Source: Nitrospinaceae bacterium
GTDB lineage: Bacteria; Nitrospinota; Nitrospinia; Nitrospinales; Nitrospinaceae
DNA length: 64,000 nucleotides
Assembly (NCBI GenBank): GCA_965237905.1
Contig: OZ250172.1
Coordinates: 1,184,001 to 1,248,000, forward strand
Reading direction: 5' to 3'
Shown here: piece after piece, positions 9,921 to 18,802 of the stretch
Position numbering within the stretch: position 1 is the first letter of the stretch
Layout of the letters: the number at the start of each line of letters is the position of its first letter
Notes under the pieces: generated by a model
What the model was told of the DNA's origin: nothing
What the model saw: the letters and a program-made list of their open reading frames with translations, nothing else
The model's database searches: none
Program-made: the position numbers and the translations under genes

Positions 9921-10352
9921 TCATTGACCTCGAAAGGTGCGGATAAACTGGATCACGTTCCAGCCCTCTTCCTCGGTGAGGTCCTTGCCGACCCTCTTCG
10001 GCATCCCCGTTCCGGGACTGCCGTTTTTGAGAATCCACATCAATTCGCCGTCGGTGCGGGCGTCCTGCCATTGGGCATCGGTAAAATTGCGGGGAGCGTG
10101 ACCGGGCATCCTCACCCCATTGCCTTTTTTGCTGTGACAGGTCACGCACAACCCCTTACCGAAATAGATTTTGCGGCCTTCTTCGATCCGTTCCGGCGTG
10201 GTTGCGTAAGGGCTTTCAATCTCCTGGATTTCCTCCAACTGTTCTTCGGGCACACGCGGGGCGTACACATCCAGATGAAACGCCCGGACCGGTTGCCCGA
10301 CCAGGAAAATCAGCACCCCTGCCCCCAGCATGAATAAAGATTGAATACGCAT
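9921..10352 (-). CDS. Periplasmic monoheme cytochrome c
   Basis: Signal peptide, CVTCH, RNFT, DGELMWILKNGSPGTGMP. Start may be 10352 (ATG) or 10364. Confidence 0.85.
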   Translation of the reverse strand: MRIQSLFMLGAGVLIFLVGQPVRAFHLDVYAPRVPEEQLEEIQEIESPYATTPERIEEGRKIYFGKGLCVTCHSKKGNGVRMPGHAPRNFTDAQWQDARTDGELMWILKNGSPGTGMPKRVGKDLTEEEGWNVIQFIRTFRGQ

Positions 10353-10361
10353 CGATTGAGC

Positions 10362-10405
10362 CAAAAAGGGGGCCCCTCTTCCCGGAATGGGAAAAGGGAA
10401 CCCGG
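10362..10405 (-). terminator. Putative intrinsic terminator after the DUF1264 gene
   Basis: Minus strand GGGTTCCCTTTTCCC-attcc-GGGAAGAGGGGCCCCC followed by a T-run. Confidence 0.55.
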
Positions 10406-10413
10406 TTACTTAT

Positions 10414-10950
10414 TTATTCAAGCTTACCATGCAACGCTTCCCAATGTCCCACCGACTGGGGTATGCCGACCGTACCGTCGGGAATGGGCGCACCTTCCGG
10501 CCACAGGTGGAAAATGATCCCGTCCGTTTTCGCAACATGGTCGACCAATCCATCCACAGCTTTTTTATCAGTGGGGTAATGCACCGCTACGCGACCGGTA
10601 TCGATTTCCTGCTTGTGATCGTGCCAGTTTTTCTTGTGAGACCATTCGGGAATCAATTTCCGCGCCAGTTTCTTGGAAACCATATACTCAACCTCCGTCA
10701 TGCGGGCGTTGGGATCGGTGGACTCGAAAAGAATGCACTGGATAATGTCGTCGTTGATCGGCTTGCAATAATGATGAAAGGGACCCATCACTTCGCCGTC
10801 CATCACATGCGGAGCGCTGACGTGAATGGTGTAGCCATCCAGCGGACTGGGCGGGGCCTTGTCACCTGATGCCTTATCCCCGGCGGTGGCACAGGCCGCG
10901 GTCATACTGAGCATAATCAAACAAAGAAAAAATACTTTTGACAATTTCAT
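10414..10950 (-). CDS. DUF1264/OBAP-like exported lipoprotein
   Basis: Lipoprotein-like signal (TAAC); HHYC...QC..F....PNAR..EVEY...WH.H..E pattern recognised as DUF1264. Confidence 0.75.
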   Translation of the reverse strand: MKLSKVFFLCLIMLSMTAACATAGDKASGDKAPPSPLDGYTIHVSAPHVMDGEVMGPFHHYCKPINDDIIQCILFESTDPNARMTEVEYMVSKKLARKLIPEWSHKKNWHDHKQEIDTGRVAVHYPTDKKAVDGLVDHVAKTDGIIFHLWPEGAPIPDGTVGIPQSVGHWEALHGKLE

Positions 10951-11163
10951 GAAAACCTCCAGATTTGAATTGCATTAATAAATTGAAAGATTTCTACCTG
11001 AAGAAATAATTAATGGAACTCTGGTTACGGAAAATCGCAATCGGATGTAACAATTCGAGGGGGACAATTAAATCAATCCCAATATTCAAATTCACCCTTC
11101 TTTGGGATAAAAAACCAAGAAAAGCACAAAAGCTTGGAAAGTACTAGTTCTATACAGGGTTGG

Positions 11164-11237
11164 CTCAGGAGACGGGGCCGCGCACCAGGCGGAAAAATGC
11201 GTCGAGGTCCTTGATTTTATCTTGATGGGCCTGGCCG
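11164..11237 (-). repeat. Diverged copy of the last 74 bp of the DUF1566 gene (12452-12525)
   Basis: Direct alignment gives 63/74 identity, in frame with the stop codon: GQAHQDKIKDLDAFFRLVRGPVS* vs GQAYQDKIKGPDAFLRLVRGPVS*. Confidence 0.9.
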
Positions 11238-11314
11238 GACAGCCAGGCCCTTTCAAATTATTTTCGCAGGCCGCTGATTTTTATTGGCGACCGGGTTGGA
11301 ACCTATTCAGTTTT

Positions 11315-12346
11315 TCAATCCCGATAGGCCACTCCATGTGTTTCACCACCAGTGCTGACCTTAGTAGTGAGGCTCAAATCGGCGGCGGAAACCACAGCCA
11401 ATTTGTTTTCATCCCGGATCGCCACGTAAATCGTTTTCCCGTCCGAGCTGATGGCAATCATATCCGGACGCTGGCCCAAGGGAGTGGTTTTAACGATTTT
11501 CCGGCTGGCGGTGTCGATCATCGCTATCTGGTTCAGACCCCTCTGCCCGACATAAACGGTTTTCCCGTCTGGGCTGAGTACCAGGCCATGTGGTTCTCCC
11601 GGGACATCGACTGAAGCTTCCACTGAACCGGTTCGCGGATTCATCAATAACAATTTATTATCCGCTGGAGCGGTGAGCCAGAACAGACCCCAATCTGCTG
11701 TAGGTCGAATGGCCATGGCGCCTTTGGCCCCCGCCAGGGTTTGGGTGATCTTGCGGGTATTCGTATCGACCACCGAAATATTCGCGGCTCCCGCGTTGAC
11801 CACGTACACCTTTTGTCCGTTGGGCGAGAACACAGCCGTGATGGCTTTCTTCCCGGTAGCCATGGTGTGGATGGCTGTCTTAGAAGCAACATCGATAAAG
11901 GTGATATTCCCCGCTCCAACGTTGCACGCGATGGCGATCTTGCCATCGGGGGATACAGCCACATCATGGGCCTTGGTATCCGTCACTACATCGGCCAACT
12001 TCTTTTTCGACACAGCGTCTATGATGGTTATGCTGTTAGTCCCCAAATTGGCGATGAAAGCCACCTTGCCATCTGGACTGAAAGTGACATTATGAGCTCC
12101 GGCACCGGTAGGAATGGTCTTCACGACCTTATTGGAACCGGTATCAATGATCTGGACATTGGCACCCTTCATATTAGCAACCCATACTTCACCCGCGGCG
12201 CTCTCGCTGACCGGCAACGTCCCCGACAGGAAAAGAACCGTAAAGATGGAAACCGCAAATAGTATCCATGGCTGCCGCCGTGGCCGAAAAGGGTCATTCA
12301 ATTTCTTCCCGATGGGATTAATAGTTTTGATTTTATCTCCGCACAT
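11315..12346 (-). CDS. Exported YVTN/YncE-type beta-propeller protein
   Basis: Repeated H.v..SPDGK.vyV blades, hydrophobic signal/TM segment. ATG at 12346 with GGAGG upstream. Confidence 0.88.
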   Translation of the reverse strand: MCGDKIKTINPIGKKLNDPFRPRRQPWILFAVSIFTVLFLSGTLPVSESAAGEVWVANMKGANVQIIDTGSNKVVKTIPTGAGAHNVTFSPDGKVAFIANLGTNSITIIDAVSKKKLADVVTDTKAHDVAVSPDGKIAIACNVGAGNITFIDVASKTAIHTMATGKKAITAVFSPNGQKVYVVNAGAANISVVDTNTRKITQTLAGAKGAMAIRPTADWGLFWLTAPADNKLLLMNPRTGSVEASVDVPGEPHGLVLSPDGKTVYVGQRGLNQIAMIDTASRKIVKTTPLGQRPDMIAISSDGKTIYVAIRDENKLAVVSAADLSLTTKVSTGGETHGVAYRD

Positions 12347-12452
12347 ATTTTGCCTCCATGGAAAATAAATGGTGGATGACTTTTCATTTAATATTCTGTA
12401 GAGATTGAAATAGTACTTGAATTCAACTGGTAAGTACAACTCAATTAGGAAC

Positions 12453-12989
12453 TCAGGAGACGGGGCCGCGTACCAGCCGGAGAAACGCATCGGGGCCCTT
12501 GATTTTGTCCTGATAAGCCTGGCCGCCCTCGTCCTTATAGGAAATGACGATGGCCTGCGCGCCTTTTTCGGAACTGGTCCAGGTGCCCCAGCCGCCGCCT
12601 TTCGGGAAAATACGGTCGATGAACACCTTGTCGCCGTCCTTGTCGATGTTCCGCTTACGCCGGTCGTAGAGTTGCAGGGCTTCTTCGGGAGTGGGCAGGC
12701 GCCAGTTGTCGTAGCCCGCGAATTTCTTGTTGTTCATACGTTGCGCGAACTCCTTGGCGGTGTACCAGTTCACCCATTTCTTCTCGATCTGCCAGTAATC
12801 GAGTTTCATCCACATGAGCTTGGACCGGGTATCTAGAATGGTGTCGTCGCCAAAATCCAGAAACCGCTGGTCGGCGGATTTTACCGCCGGTTTTTTCTGA
12901 ATGGAATCACCCGCCCACAGGGTGGACACAAGGAATGCCTGGAATCCGAAGACTGCCAGTATGAAACATCCGATAATCCGCCGCCGCAT
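12453..12989 (-). CDS. DUF1566 (Lcl C-terminal) domain exported protein
   Basis: Signal peptide; RF.D.GD.TI.D....LMW, GYDNWRLPT.EE, C-terminal RLVR. Confidence 0.85.
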   Translation of the reverse strand: MRRRIIGCFILAVFGFQAFLVSTLWAGDSIQKKPAVKSADQRFLDFGDDTILDTRSKLMWMKLDYWQIEKKWVNWYTAKEFAQRMNNKKFAGYDNWRLPTPEEALQLYDRRKRNIDKDGDKVFIDRIFPKGGGWGTWTSSEKGAQAIVISYKDEGGQAYQDKIKGPDAFLRLVRGPVS

Positions 12990-13085
12990 GAGAAACCTCC
13001 TGCTGAAATTTTGGCACTCGGCCTGAATTGGAAATTCGACCCAAGTTTACAATTTAAAGCCCTCCCCTGTAAACGGGTAAATGGC

Positions 13086-13113
13086 TTGACAGGTTGGGGG
13101 GTTGGAGTACAAT
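13086..13113 (+). promoter_or_regulatory. Putative sigma70 promoter
   Basis: TTGACA-N16-TACAAT about 30 bp upstream of the ATG at 13144. Confidence 0.5.
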
Positions 13114-13143
13114 TTACGTCATCCTATCGAACCGGAGGCGTTT

Positions 13144-13794
13144 ATGAGTCTCGACTTCCCCCATAAAAGAATTCTTCTTAACACCTTGGCATTGTTGATC
13201 GTTACCGCCGTGGCGGGAACTCCTTTGCTGGATGCCAAACCGCGCGATAAGGACCGCTGGGATGAAAAATACGGCACGGAGGTCTATATTTTTGGCAAAG
13301 AGCCGGTGCCGTTCCTCAAGCAGAATGTCCATCTGCTCCCCAAAGGCAAGGCGCTGGACATCGCCATAGGCGAGGGCCGCAACGGGGTGTATCTCGCCAC
13401 GCAGGGATTCGAGGTGGTGGGACTGGACATCTCGGAGAAAGGTCTCGCCAAGGCGCACCAACTTGCCAAACAACATGGGGTGACCATCAAAACGCGGGTG
13501 GTCGATCTGGAAAACCATCAACTGGAAAAGAACGCCTATGACGTGATTCTCCTCATGTACTACATGCAGAGAGACCTGTGGCCGCAAATTGCGGATGCCC
13601 TCAAGCCGGGCGGCATGGCGATCATCGAAACCTATAATGTCGACCACCTGAAACATCAGAAGTTCAATCCCAAGTGGCTGTTGAAGCCCAACGAACTGCT
13701 GGAGGCGTTCAAGGACATGAAAATCATCCGCTACCAGGCTTATGAGGACAGCGACCAAGCCTACTCCAGCATCATCGTACAAAAAGCAGAATAA
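13144..13794 (+). CDS. TehB-like class I SAM methyltransferase with N-terminal hydrophobic leader
   Basis: RWDEKY, ALDIAIGEGRN..YLA..G, LKPGG motifs. GGAGG upstream of the ATG. Confidence 0.85.
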   Translation: MSLDFPHKRILLNTLALLIVTAVAGTPLLDAKPRDKDRWDEKYGTEVYIFGKEPVPFLKQNVHLLPKGKALDIAIGEGRNGVYLATQGFEVVGLDISEKGLAKAHQLAKQHGVTIKTRVVDLENHQLEKNAYDVILLMYYMQRDLWPQIADALKPGGMAIIETYNVDHLKHQKFNPKWLLKPNELLEAFKDMKIIRYQAYEDSDQAYSSIIVQKAE

Positions 13795-13800
13795 CCCCGG

Positions 13801-14781
13801 GTGAACAAAACCGAAAAACTTTTTATCGCGCTGGCCAATGCGTTCCCGGTATGGGTGGTGTTGGGCTCGGGACTGGCGTTGTGGGAACCCGCCACGGCTA
13901 CCTGGTTTCAGCCGACATGGATTCCATACTTCCTCGCCCTCATCATGCTCAGCATGGGGTTGACGCTGACCGCGCAGGATTTTGTGCGGATTCTGGAAAT
14001 CCCCGGAACGATTCTACTGGGCGTAGGATTGCAATACCTCGTCATGCCTCTGCTGGCCTTCGGTCTGGCGCATTTATTTAAACTGCCGATCGATTTCGTG
14101 ATCGGTCTGGTACTGGTCGGATGCTGCCCCGGCGGCACCGCATCCAACGTGGTCTGCTTCATTGCAAAGTTAAACGTCGCACTGTCGGTCACCCTCACCA
14201 CCTGCTCGACTCTGCTGGCGGTGCTCATGACCCCTCTGCTGACCACCTGGCTAGTGCAATCGGTTTCGGAATCGTTGACAGGCACGGCAGTGGAGGTGGA
14301 TACCCTCGGCCTGTTGATCAAAACCTTCCAGGTGGTGATTCTGCCGGTGACGGCTGGCATCGCCTTCAATCATTTTTTTCATAAACAGGTGCAACGCATC
14401 GCCGCGTACACGCCGTTTCTGGCGGTGCTGTCCATCGTATTCATTGTCGACTTCATTCTCGCCGCCAAAAAGGAAGCCATTATGGAAAGTGGCGCGTCTC
14501 TTTTGTGGGCGGTGGTGATTCTGCATTTTCTGGGATTCCTGCTGGGTTACGTGCTGTCCCGGGGTCTGGGGATCCGCGACCGGGACGTCCGGACGATTTC
14601 GGTGGAAGTGGGCATGCAGAACTCCGGACTGGCAACGGAACTGGCGCGAAGCAATTTTGCCGCCTTTGGGCTGGCCACCGTGCCGGGGGCCATTTCGGCC
14701 CTCACCCACTGCATTCTCGGAAGCCTCGTGGCCGGCCTGTGCCGCCTGTGGCCCCCTCTGACGAGGGACGAAAATGGCTGA
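13801..14781 (+). CDS. Bile acid:sodium symporter (BASS) family transporter
   Basis: M.SMGLTL, PGGTASNV, SVEVGMQNSGLA motifs; multiple TM segments. Confidence 0.92.
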   Translation: MNKTEKLFIALANAFPVWVVLGSGLALWEPATATWFQPTWIPYFLALIMLSMGLTLTAQDFVRILEIPGTILLGVGLQYLVMPLLAFGLAHLFKLPIDFVIGLVLVGCCPGGTASNVVCFIAKLNVALSVTLTTCSTLLAVLMTPLLTTWLVQSVSESLTGTAVEVDTLGLLIKTFQVVILPVTAGIAFNHFFHKQVQRIAAYTPFLAVLSIVFIVDFILAAKKEAIMESGASLLWAVVILHFLGFLLGYVLSRGLGIRDRDVRTISVEVGMQNSGLATELARSNFAAFGLATVPGAISALTHCILGSLVAGLCRLWPPLTRDENG

Positions 14782-14862
14782 CAGTTAACGGCAATCGATG
14801 GTCATAGGGCGCAGTTCCAACGATTTAAAGGGCGATTCGCCGCCCTTCTAGCGAGGGCGGCC
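14775..14862 (+). repeat. Dispersed intergenic repeat, copy A
   Basis: 14775-14820 matches the reverse complement of 38327-38372 at 42/46. The following GGCGATTCGCCGCC and CTAGCGAGGG modules recur at 26229-26266. Confidence 0.85.
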
Positions 14863-14997
14863 AATAGCTAATAGCCTGTGAGCAGATGAAGATTCTTAGG
14901 CGCAAATCAAGTTTTTAAATTGCAAGCGGAGGCACTCCGCCCCGGCCTGTGATAAGATGTAGGCATTCCGTGGACCCGTTTTTGGCAAGGAGGGATT

Positions 14998-15279
14998 TTG
15001 GCAACATTTAACGTTTTGTTGGCAACAGAATTGAATGATTTTAACGAGGCCCATGAGAGCGAACTACTCCTACGGCTGGAGGAGGCATGCTTCGAACGTA
15101 TCCCGACCCTGAAATACGCCTGGGAAATCGCTCTGGACGCGCCGGACGAGTCGGAAGCCAAAAACGACGCGGTTGAAAAATTCGTGAACGTCTGCCGGAC
15201 CTACCCCTTCGAGTTGAAGATGCTGGTGCATGCGGGGACGGGGCAGATTCTGCGCAGGAAAAAAACTTTTGAACCCTGA
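14998..15279 (+). CDS. Small acidic hypothetical protein
   Basis: TTG start after AGGAGG; ends 20 bp before the radical SAM gene. Confidence 0.7.
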   Translation: MATFNVLLATELNDFNEAHESELLLRLEEACFERIPTLKYAWEIALDAPDESEAKNDAVEKFVNVCRTYPFELKMLVHAGTGQILRRKKTFEP

Positions 15280-15299
15280 AACTGGATTGGAACAGGGCC

Positions 15300-16409
15300 A
15301 TGAATATAATTCTTAACAGCTATTGCAACCTGAAATGCAATTATTGCTTCGCCGACGAGTACATGGAAGAAACGGTGAATACGCCGGGCAAATCCATGGA
15401 CTACGATTATTTTACGAAGGAGATGCTTCCAAAGATCCAAACCTCCGGGGGTATCAACTTCATGGGCGGGGAGCCGACGTTGCATCCGCGGTTCAACGAA
15501 ATGTTTACAGCCACGCTGGACGCCATGTCGCCTTACTCCAACCTCGGCCTGTTCACCAACGGCCTGATGAAGGACCACGTGCTGGACCTGCTGGAGCATG
15601 CAGTCAGCGCCCAGGGTAGTGTCCAGCGGCACATCACGTTCTCGGTTCTGCTCAACTGGCAGACAATGGAGAACATCTCTGAAAAAAATCACCAGCGATG
15701 CCACGAAGTGGCGCGCCTCCTCCTCAGAAAAAACGGGTACGGCGTCACCTTCAGCATCAACCTGTATTCGAAGGACCAGGACCTTGAAACCCAGTGCCGG
15801 GAAATCGACGCTATTTACCAGGAGATCGGCCTGCCGCGGGACAAGTCCTATCGCATCCGGGTCAGTCCGGCGTTTCCCATCGTCGGCGAAATCGACAACA
15901 CCTATCTGCCGATCCGCGATTTCCCCAAGGTAGGGCGGCGGATGATCGATCAGCTCAAAAAATATCCGCAGATGGCGTTCCGTTTCGACTGTTCGTTCCC
16001 GCCGTGCTTTCTCGATGAAACCGGCGCGGGCGAGGAGGACCTGGTCACCCGCTTCTATTACCACGGCTACAAACAGGTCCCGGAGTTTTCGGAATGGAAA
16101 ACCCAACAGTTTTATTTTGGGTGCGCCGACGGCAGTCCCATGGATATCGACTCCAAGGGCGATTGCTTCAACTGTTTTCCATTTCACGATTTTAAGCTGG
16201 GGAATATTTCGGAATTCAAGGAAGTGAACCCGATCAGCGAGGCACGGATGGGCTCCCGCTTTTTAACCCACGTGTTCGAAAACACGAAGGCGAAGGAACC
16301 CTGCCTCTCTTGCCCACATTACATGGTGCGGTGTACCAGCGGATGCTTCGCCTACAATTTCGTGGATCAGGAACCCGCCACGCCGGCGGTGGCGGTGGAA
16401 GAGAAATAG
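15300..16409 (+). CDS. Radical SAM protein with C-terminal SPASM-like Cys cluster
   Basis: CNLKCNYC, GGEPTLHP, TNG; C-terminal C..(GDCFNC)..CLSC...CTSGC. Confidence 0.9.
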   Translation: MNIILNSYCNLKCNYCFADEYMEETVNTPGKSMDYDYFTKEMLPKIQTSGGINFMGGEPTLHPRFNEMFTATLDAMSPYSNLGLFTNGLMKDHVLDLLEHAVSAQGSVQRHITFSVLLNWQTMENISEKNHQRCHEVARLLLRKNGYGVTFSINLYSKDQDLETQCREIDAIYQEIGLPRDKSYRIRVSPAFPIVGEIDNTYLPIRDFPKVGRRMIDQLKKYPQMAFRFDCSFPPCFLDETGAGEEDLVTRFYYHGYKQVPEFSEWKTQQFYFGCADGSPMDIDSKGDCFNCFPFHDFKLGNISEFKEVNPISEARMGSRFLTHVFENTKAKEPCLSCPHYMVRCTSGCFAYNFVDQEPATPAVAVEEK

Positions 16410-16411
16410 AT

Positions 16412-16816
16412 TTAAAGCGAAGAACCCGTGAACGCCGTCGCCCGATCGGAACCAAAGTCGTTGGTGATCATAATAAGGTGAAAGCCTTCCTGCGTCTGCA
16501 CCGGGCCAAACACTTCGCCCCGGTTGAGGGTCATATCCTTGACCCCCTCACGGATGATCTGTTCCAGTTCCGCATTCTTTAATACGGGCTCGTATCCCCT
16601 GATGCGGGGATCGTCGGACGACAACTCGATCCACCCCAGGTTGCCGCCGTCCTCTTTGGAAGAACACAGACTGTACTTTTCGGACAGGCGCATCAACATC
16701 TGGACCCGGTTGGTGGCCGATTTGGCTTCGCTGATAGTCCCTTTTAACAATTCCGCGACTTCTTTTTTTTCCACCACAATGTGGCGAACCTGAATCTGAT
16801 GAGAAAAACCTACCAT
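16412..16816 (-). CDS. Parvulin-type peptidyl-prolyl isomerase
   Basis: RHIVV, KYSLCSSKEDGGNLGW, GPVQTQEGFHLI. Confidence 0.88.
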   Translation of the reverse strand: MVGFSHQIQVRHIVVEKKEVAELLKGTISEAKSATNRVQMLMRLSEKYSLCSSKEDGGNLGWIELSSDDPRIRGYEPVLKNAELEQIIREGVKDMTLNRGEVFGPVQTQEGFHLIMITNDFGSDRATAFTGSSL

Positions 16817-16928
16817 GTAGACCCTCGTTAAAATCAGAGGCTCCCGAAACGCGGGAACCGCCAATGGTTGTTTGCAGTTTGAATGCTGGTTAGTCTAAAT
16901 TATTTCTTTTTAAATATCCAGACACCTT

Positions 16929-17537
16929 ATGCCCCTATCCTCAAAAAAATTGATCCTGGCTTCCCGCTCGCCCCGCCGGTCGGAATTACTGCAGTCGCTG
17001 GGCCTGGAGTTCGAAGTGAGCCCTTCCCAAGTGGAGGAAACCACCGATCCAGAGCAATCTCCGGAGCAAAATGCCACGAATATTGCCCGCGACAAGGCCC
17101 ATTGGGTGGCCCGGCACAATCCCGGCCGTTATGTGCTGGGAGCGGACACCATGGTGGTGCTGGACCGGGAAATCATCGGCCAACCCGCTGATGAGGAAGA
17201 CGCCTGCCGGATTCTTTCAAAACTGGCGGGGAAACAGCACCGGGTCATCACCGGCGTTGTGTTGATCACTCCGGAGGCCGAAGAACATGAAACCGCTGTG
17301 GTCTCGACGGTCACCCTCAAATCCGTTTCCGAAAACGAAATCCGATCCTATATCGCGACGGGAGAACCTCTCGATAAAGCAGGAGCGTATGCTATTCAAG
17401 GACAAGGTTCCTTCCTGGTCGAATCCTGGGAGGGATCCTGGACCAACATCGTCGGTCTTCCTCTGGAAGCGCTTACCGATCTTTTTCAACAAGCCGGGTT
17501 CCCGGTCCCCAAAGAAAGCGAAGGCAACCGAAAATAA
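16929..17537 (+). CDS. maf: Maf family nucleoside triphosphate pyrophosphatase
   Basis: LILASRSPRR, ADT.V, DKAGAYAIQG, N.VGLP. Confidence 0.93.
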   Translation: MPLSSKKLILASRSPRRSELLQSLGLEFEVSPSQVEETTDPEQSPEQNATNIARDKAHWVARHNPGRYVLGADTMVVLDREIIGQPADEEDACRILSKLAGKQHRVITGVVLITPEAEEHETAVVSTVTLKSVSENEIRSYIATGEPLDKAGAYAIQGQGSFLVESWEGSWTNIVGLPLEALTDLFQQAGFPVPKESEGNRK

Positions 17538-17774
17538 CTCCGCAGGTTGCAACTTTCTCGAAAACCCGAAACTCAGTAAAACTTTTCCCTTTTGTTTATG
17601 GTCTGTTTGCAGGATTTCTTGAGCTTGATACTCAAGAAAATGCTTGACAAATTGAGGCTTGCTCGAACTTGAAAATGCCAAAAAACTCAATTTTTACTTG
17701 CACCCTTCCGATTTTTATTCATACTAGGACTATCTAGACTTAATGAGAACTTTTTGTGACGATACGGCGGAAAC

Positions 17775-17999
17775 ATGACTGCAGTAGGAAGTACAATCGA
17801 AATTCAGGGGCTATGCAACCAGTGCAGTGCACCCGTTTTCCTGAATCACTGTACCGATTGGTACGGTAATTCCGTCGTCTCGTTGAATTGCTGGAACGGA
17901 CATTACAAGTGGATTGACTTTGAAAATATCGAAAAGGATCTCCACGTAGATCCCGAGACCCAACTGGTCACCTATATCGGATTTCTCGATGCTCCATGA
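17775..17999 (+). CDS. Small Cys/His-rich hypothetical protein
   Basis: CNQC...C...CWNGH; ATGA overlap with the downstream gene. Confidence 0.6.
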   Translation: MTAVGSTIEIQGLCNQCSAPVFLNHCTDWYGNSVVSLNCWNGHYKWIDFENIEKDLHVDPETQLVTYIGFLDAP

Positions 18000-18802
18000 T
18001 TTTCCATCCTGAACCCTCCACCTTAAAAAAAATTCAAATTCGAACACTGTTGGTGTCGCTTGTTTTGTTGACGACATGGGTTTCTTCCGCGTGGGCGGTG
18101 CCCAAGACCCCTCCGGGGATGGTTTACGTTCCCGAAGGTTATTTTCAAATGGGTCAATCGTCCAGCGAAGCCGAAGACCAGAAACCGATGCACTTTGTTT
18201 ACACCTCAGCGTATTTCATCGATAAATACGAAGTCAGCAACGCCGAATATAAAAATTTTCTCGACGCCACGGGACACGTCAAACCCAAGTACTGGGAGGA
18301 CGAACAGTTCAACCAACCCAATCAGCCGGTGGTCGGCGTCAGTTGGTTCGATGCCATGGCCTATTCGCGCTGGAAAGGCTGCCGCCTGCCCACCGAAGCG
18401 GAATGGGAAAAAGCCGCACGGGGCAAGGACGGGCGCCTCTACCCCTGGGGAGAAAAATGGGCCAAAGGGAAGAAACTCTATTTCGTCAATGTGTTTGGAG
18501 TGGAAGATCGATATGAATTTACCGCACCCGTCAATTATTACGCCACCGGCGCCAGTCCCTTCGGAGCACTCAATATGGCCGGCAACGTCTGGGAATGGTG
18601 CCTCGACTGGTACGACAAGGATTACTACCGCATCAGCCCGGAACTGGATCCCGAAGGCCCCGAAGCCAAACAGATGAAAGTCCTGCGCGGGGGTTCTTGG
18701 GTCAATGATATCGACGGCGTTCAGGTCACCCAACGGACCCGCAATTTACCGGACATGCAAAACAACATTTACGGCTTCCGAACCGTTTTGCCCCTTCGTT
18801 AG
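17996..18802 (+). CDS. Exported FGE-sulfatase (SUMF1/EgtB/PvdO-like) domain protein
   Basis: F.MG, EVSN..Y, RLPTEAEWEKAARG, MAGNVWEW, RGGSW, GFR. Confidence 0.9.
   Translation: MIFHPEPSTLKKIQIRTLLVSLVLLTTWVSSAWAVPKTPPGMVYVPEGYFQMGQSSSEAEDQKPMHFVYTSAYFIDKYEVSNAEYKNFLDATGHVKPKYWEDEQFNQPNQPVVGVSWFDAMAYSRWKGCRLPTEAEWEKAARGKDGRLYPWGEKWAKGKKLYFVNVFGVEDRYEFTAPVNYYATGASPFGALNMAGNVWEWCLDWYDKDYYRISPELDPEGPEAKQMKVLRGGSWVNDIDGVQVTQRTRNLPDMQNNIYGFRTVLPLR

Noticed and set aside
11164..12525. Diversity-generating retroelement TR/VR pair (DUF1566 and FGE folds are known DGR target types)
   Set aside because: Only 3 of 11 mismatches are at adenines of the would-be template, changes are mostly transitions and synonymous, and no reverse transcriptase is in the window.
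15201..16187. Long antisense ORFs (for example 15201-16187, 26569-27693, 58139-59026, 61434-62189)
   Set aside because: They lie opposite well-supported genes, have no motifs, and are expected from codon bias in GC-rich coding sequence.
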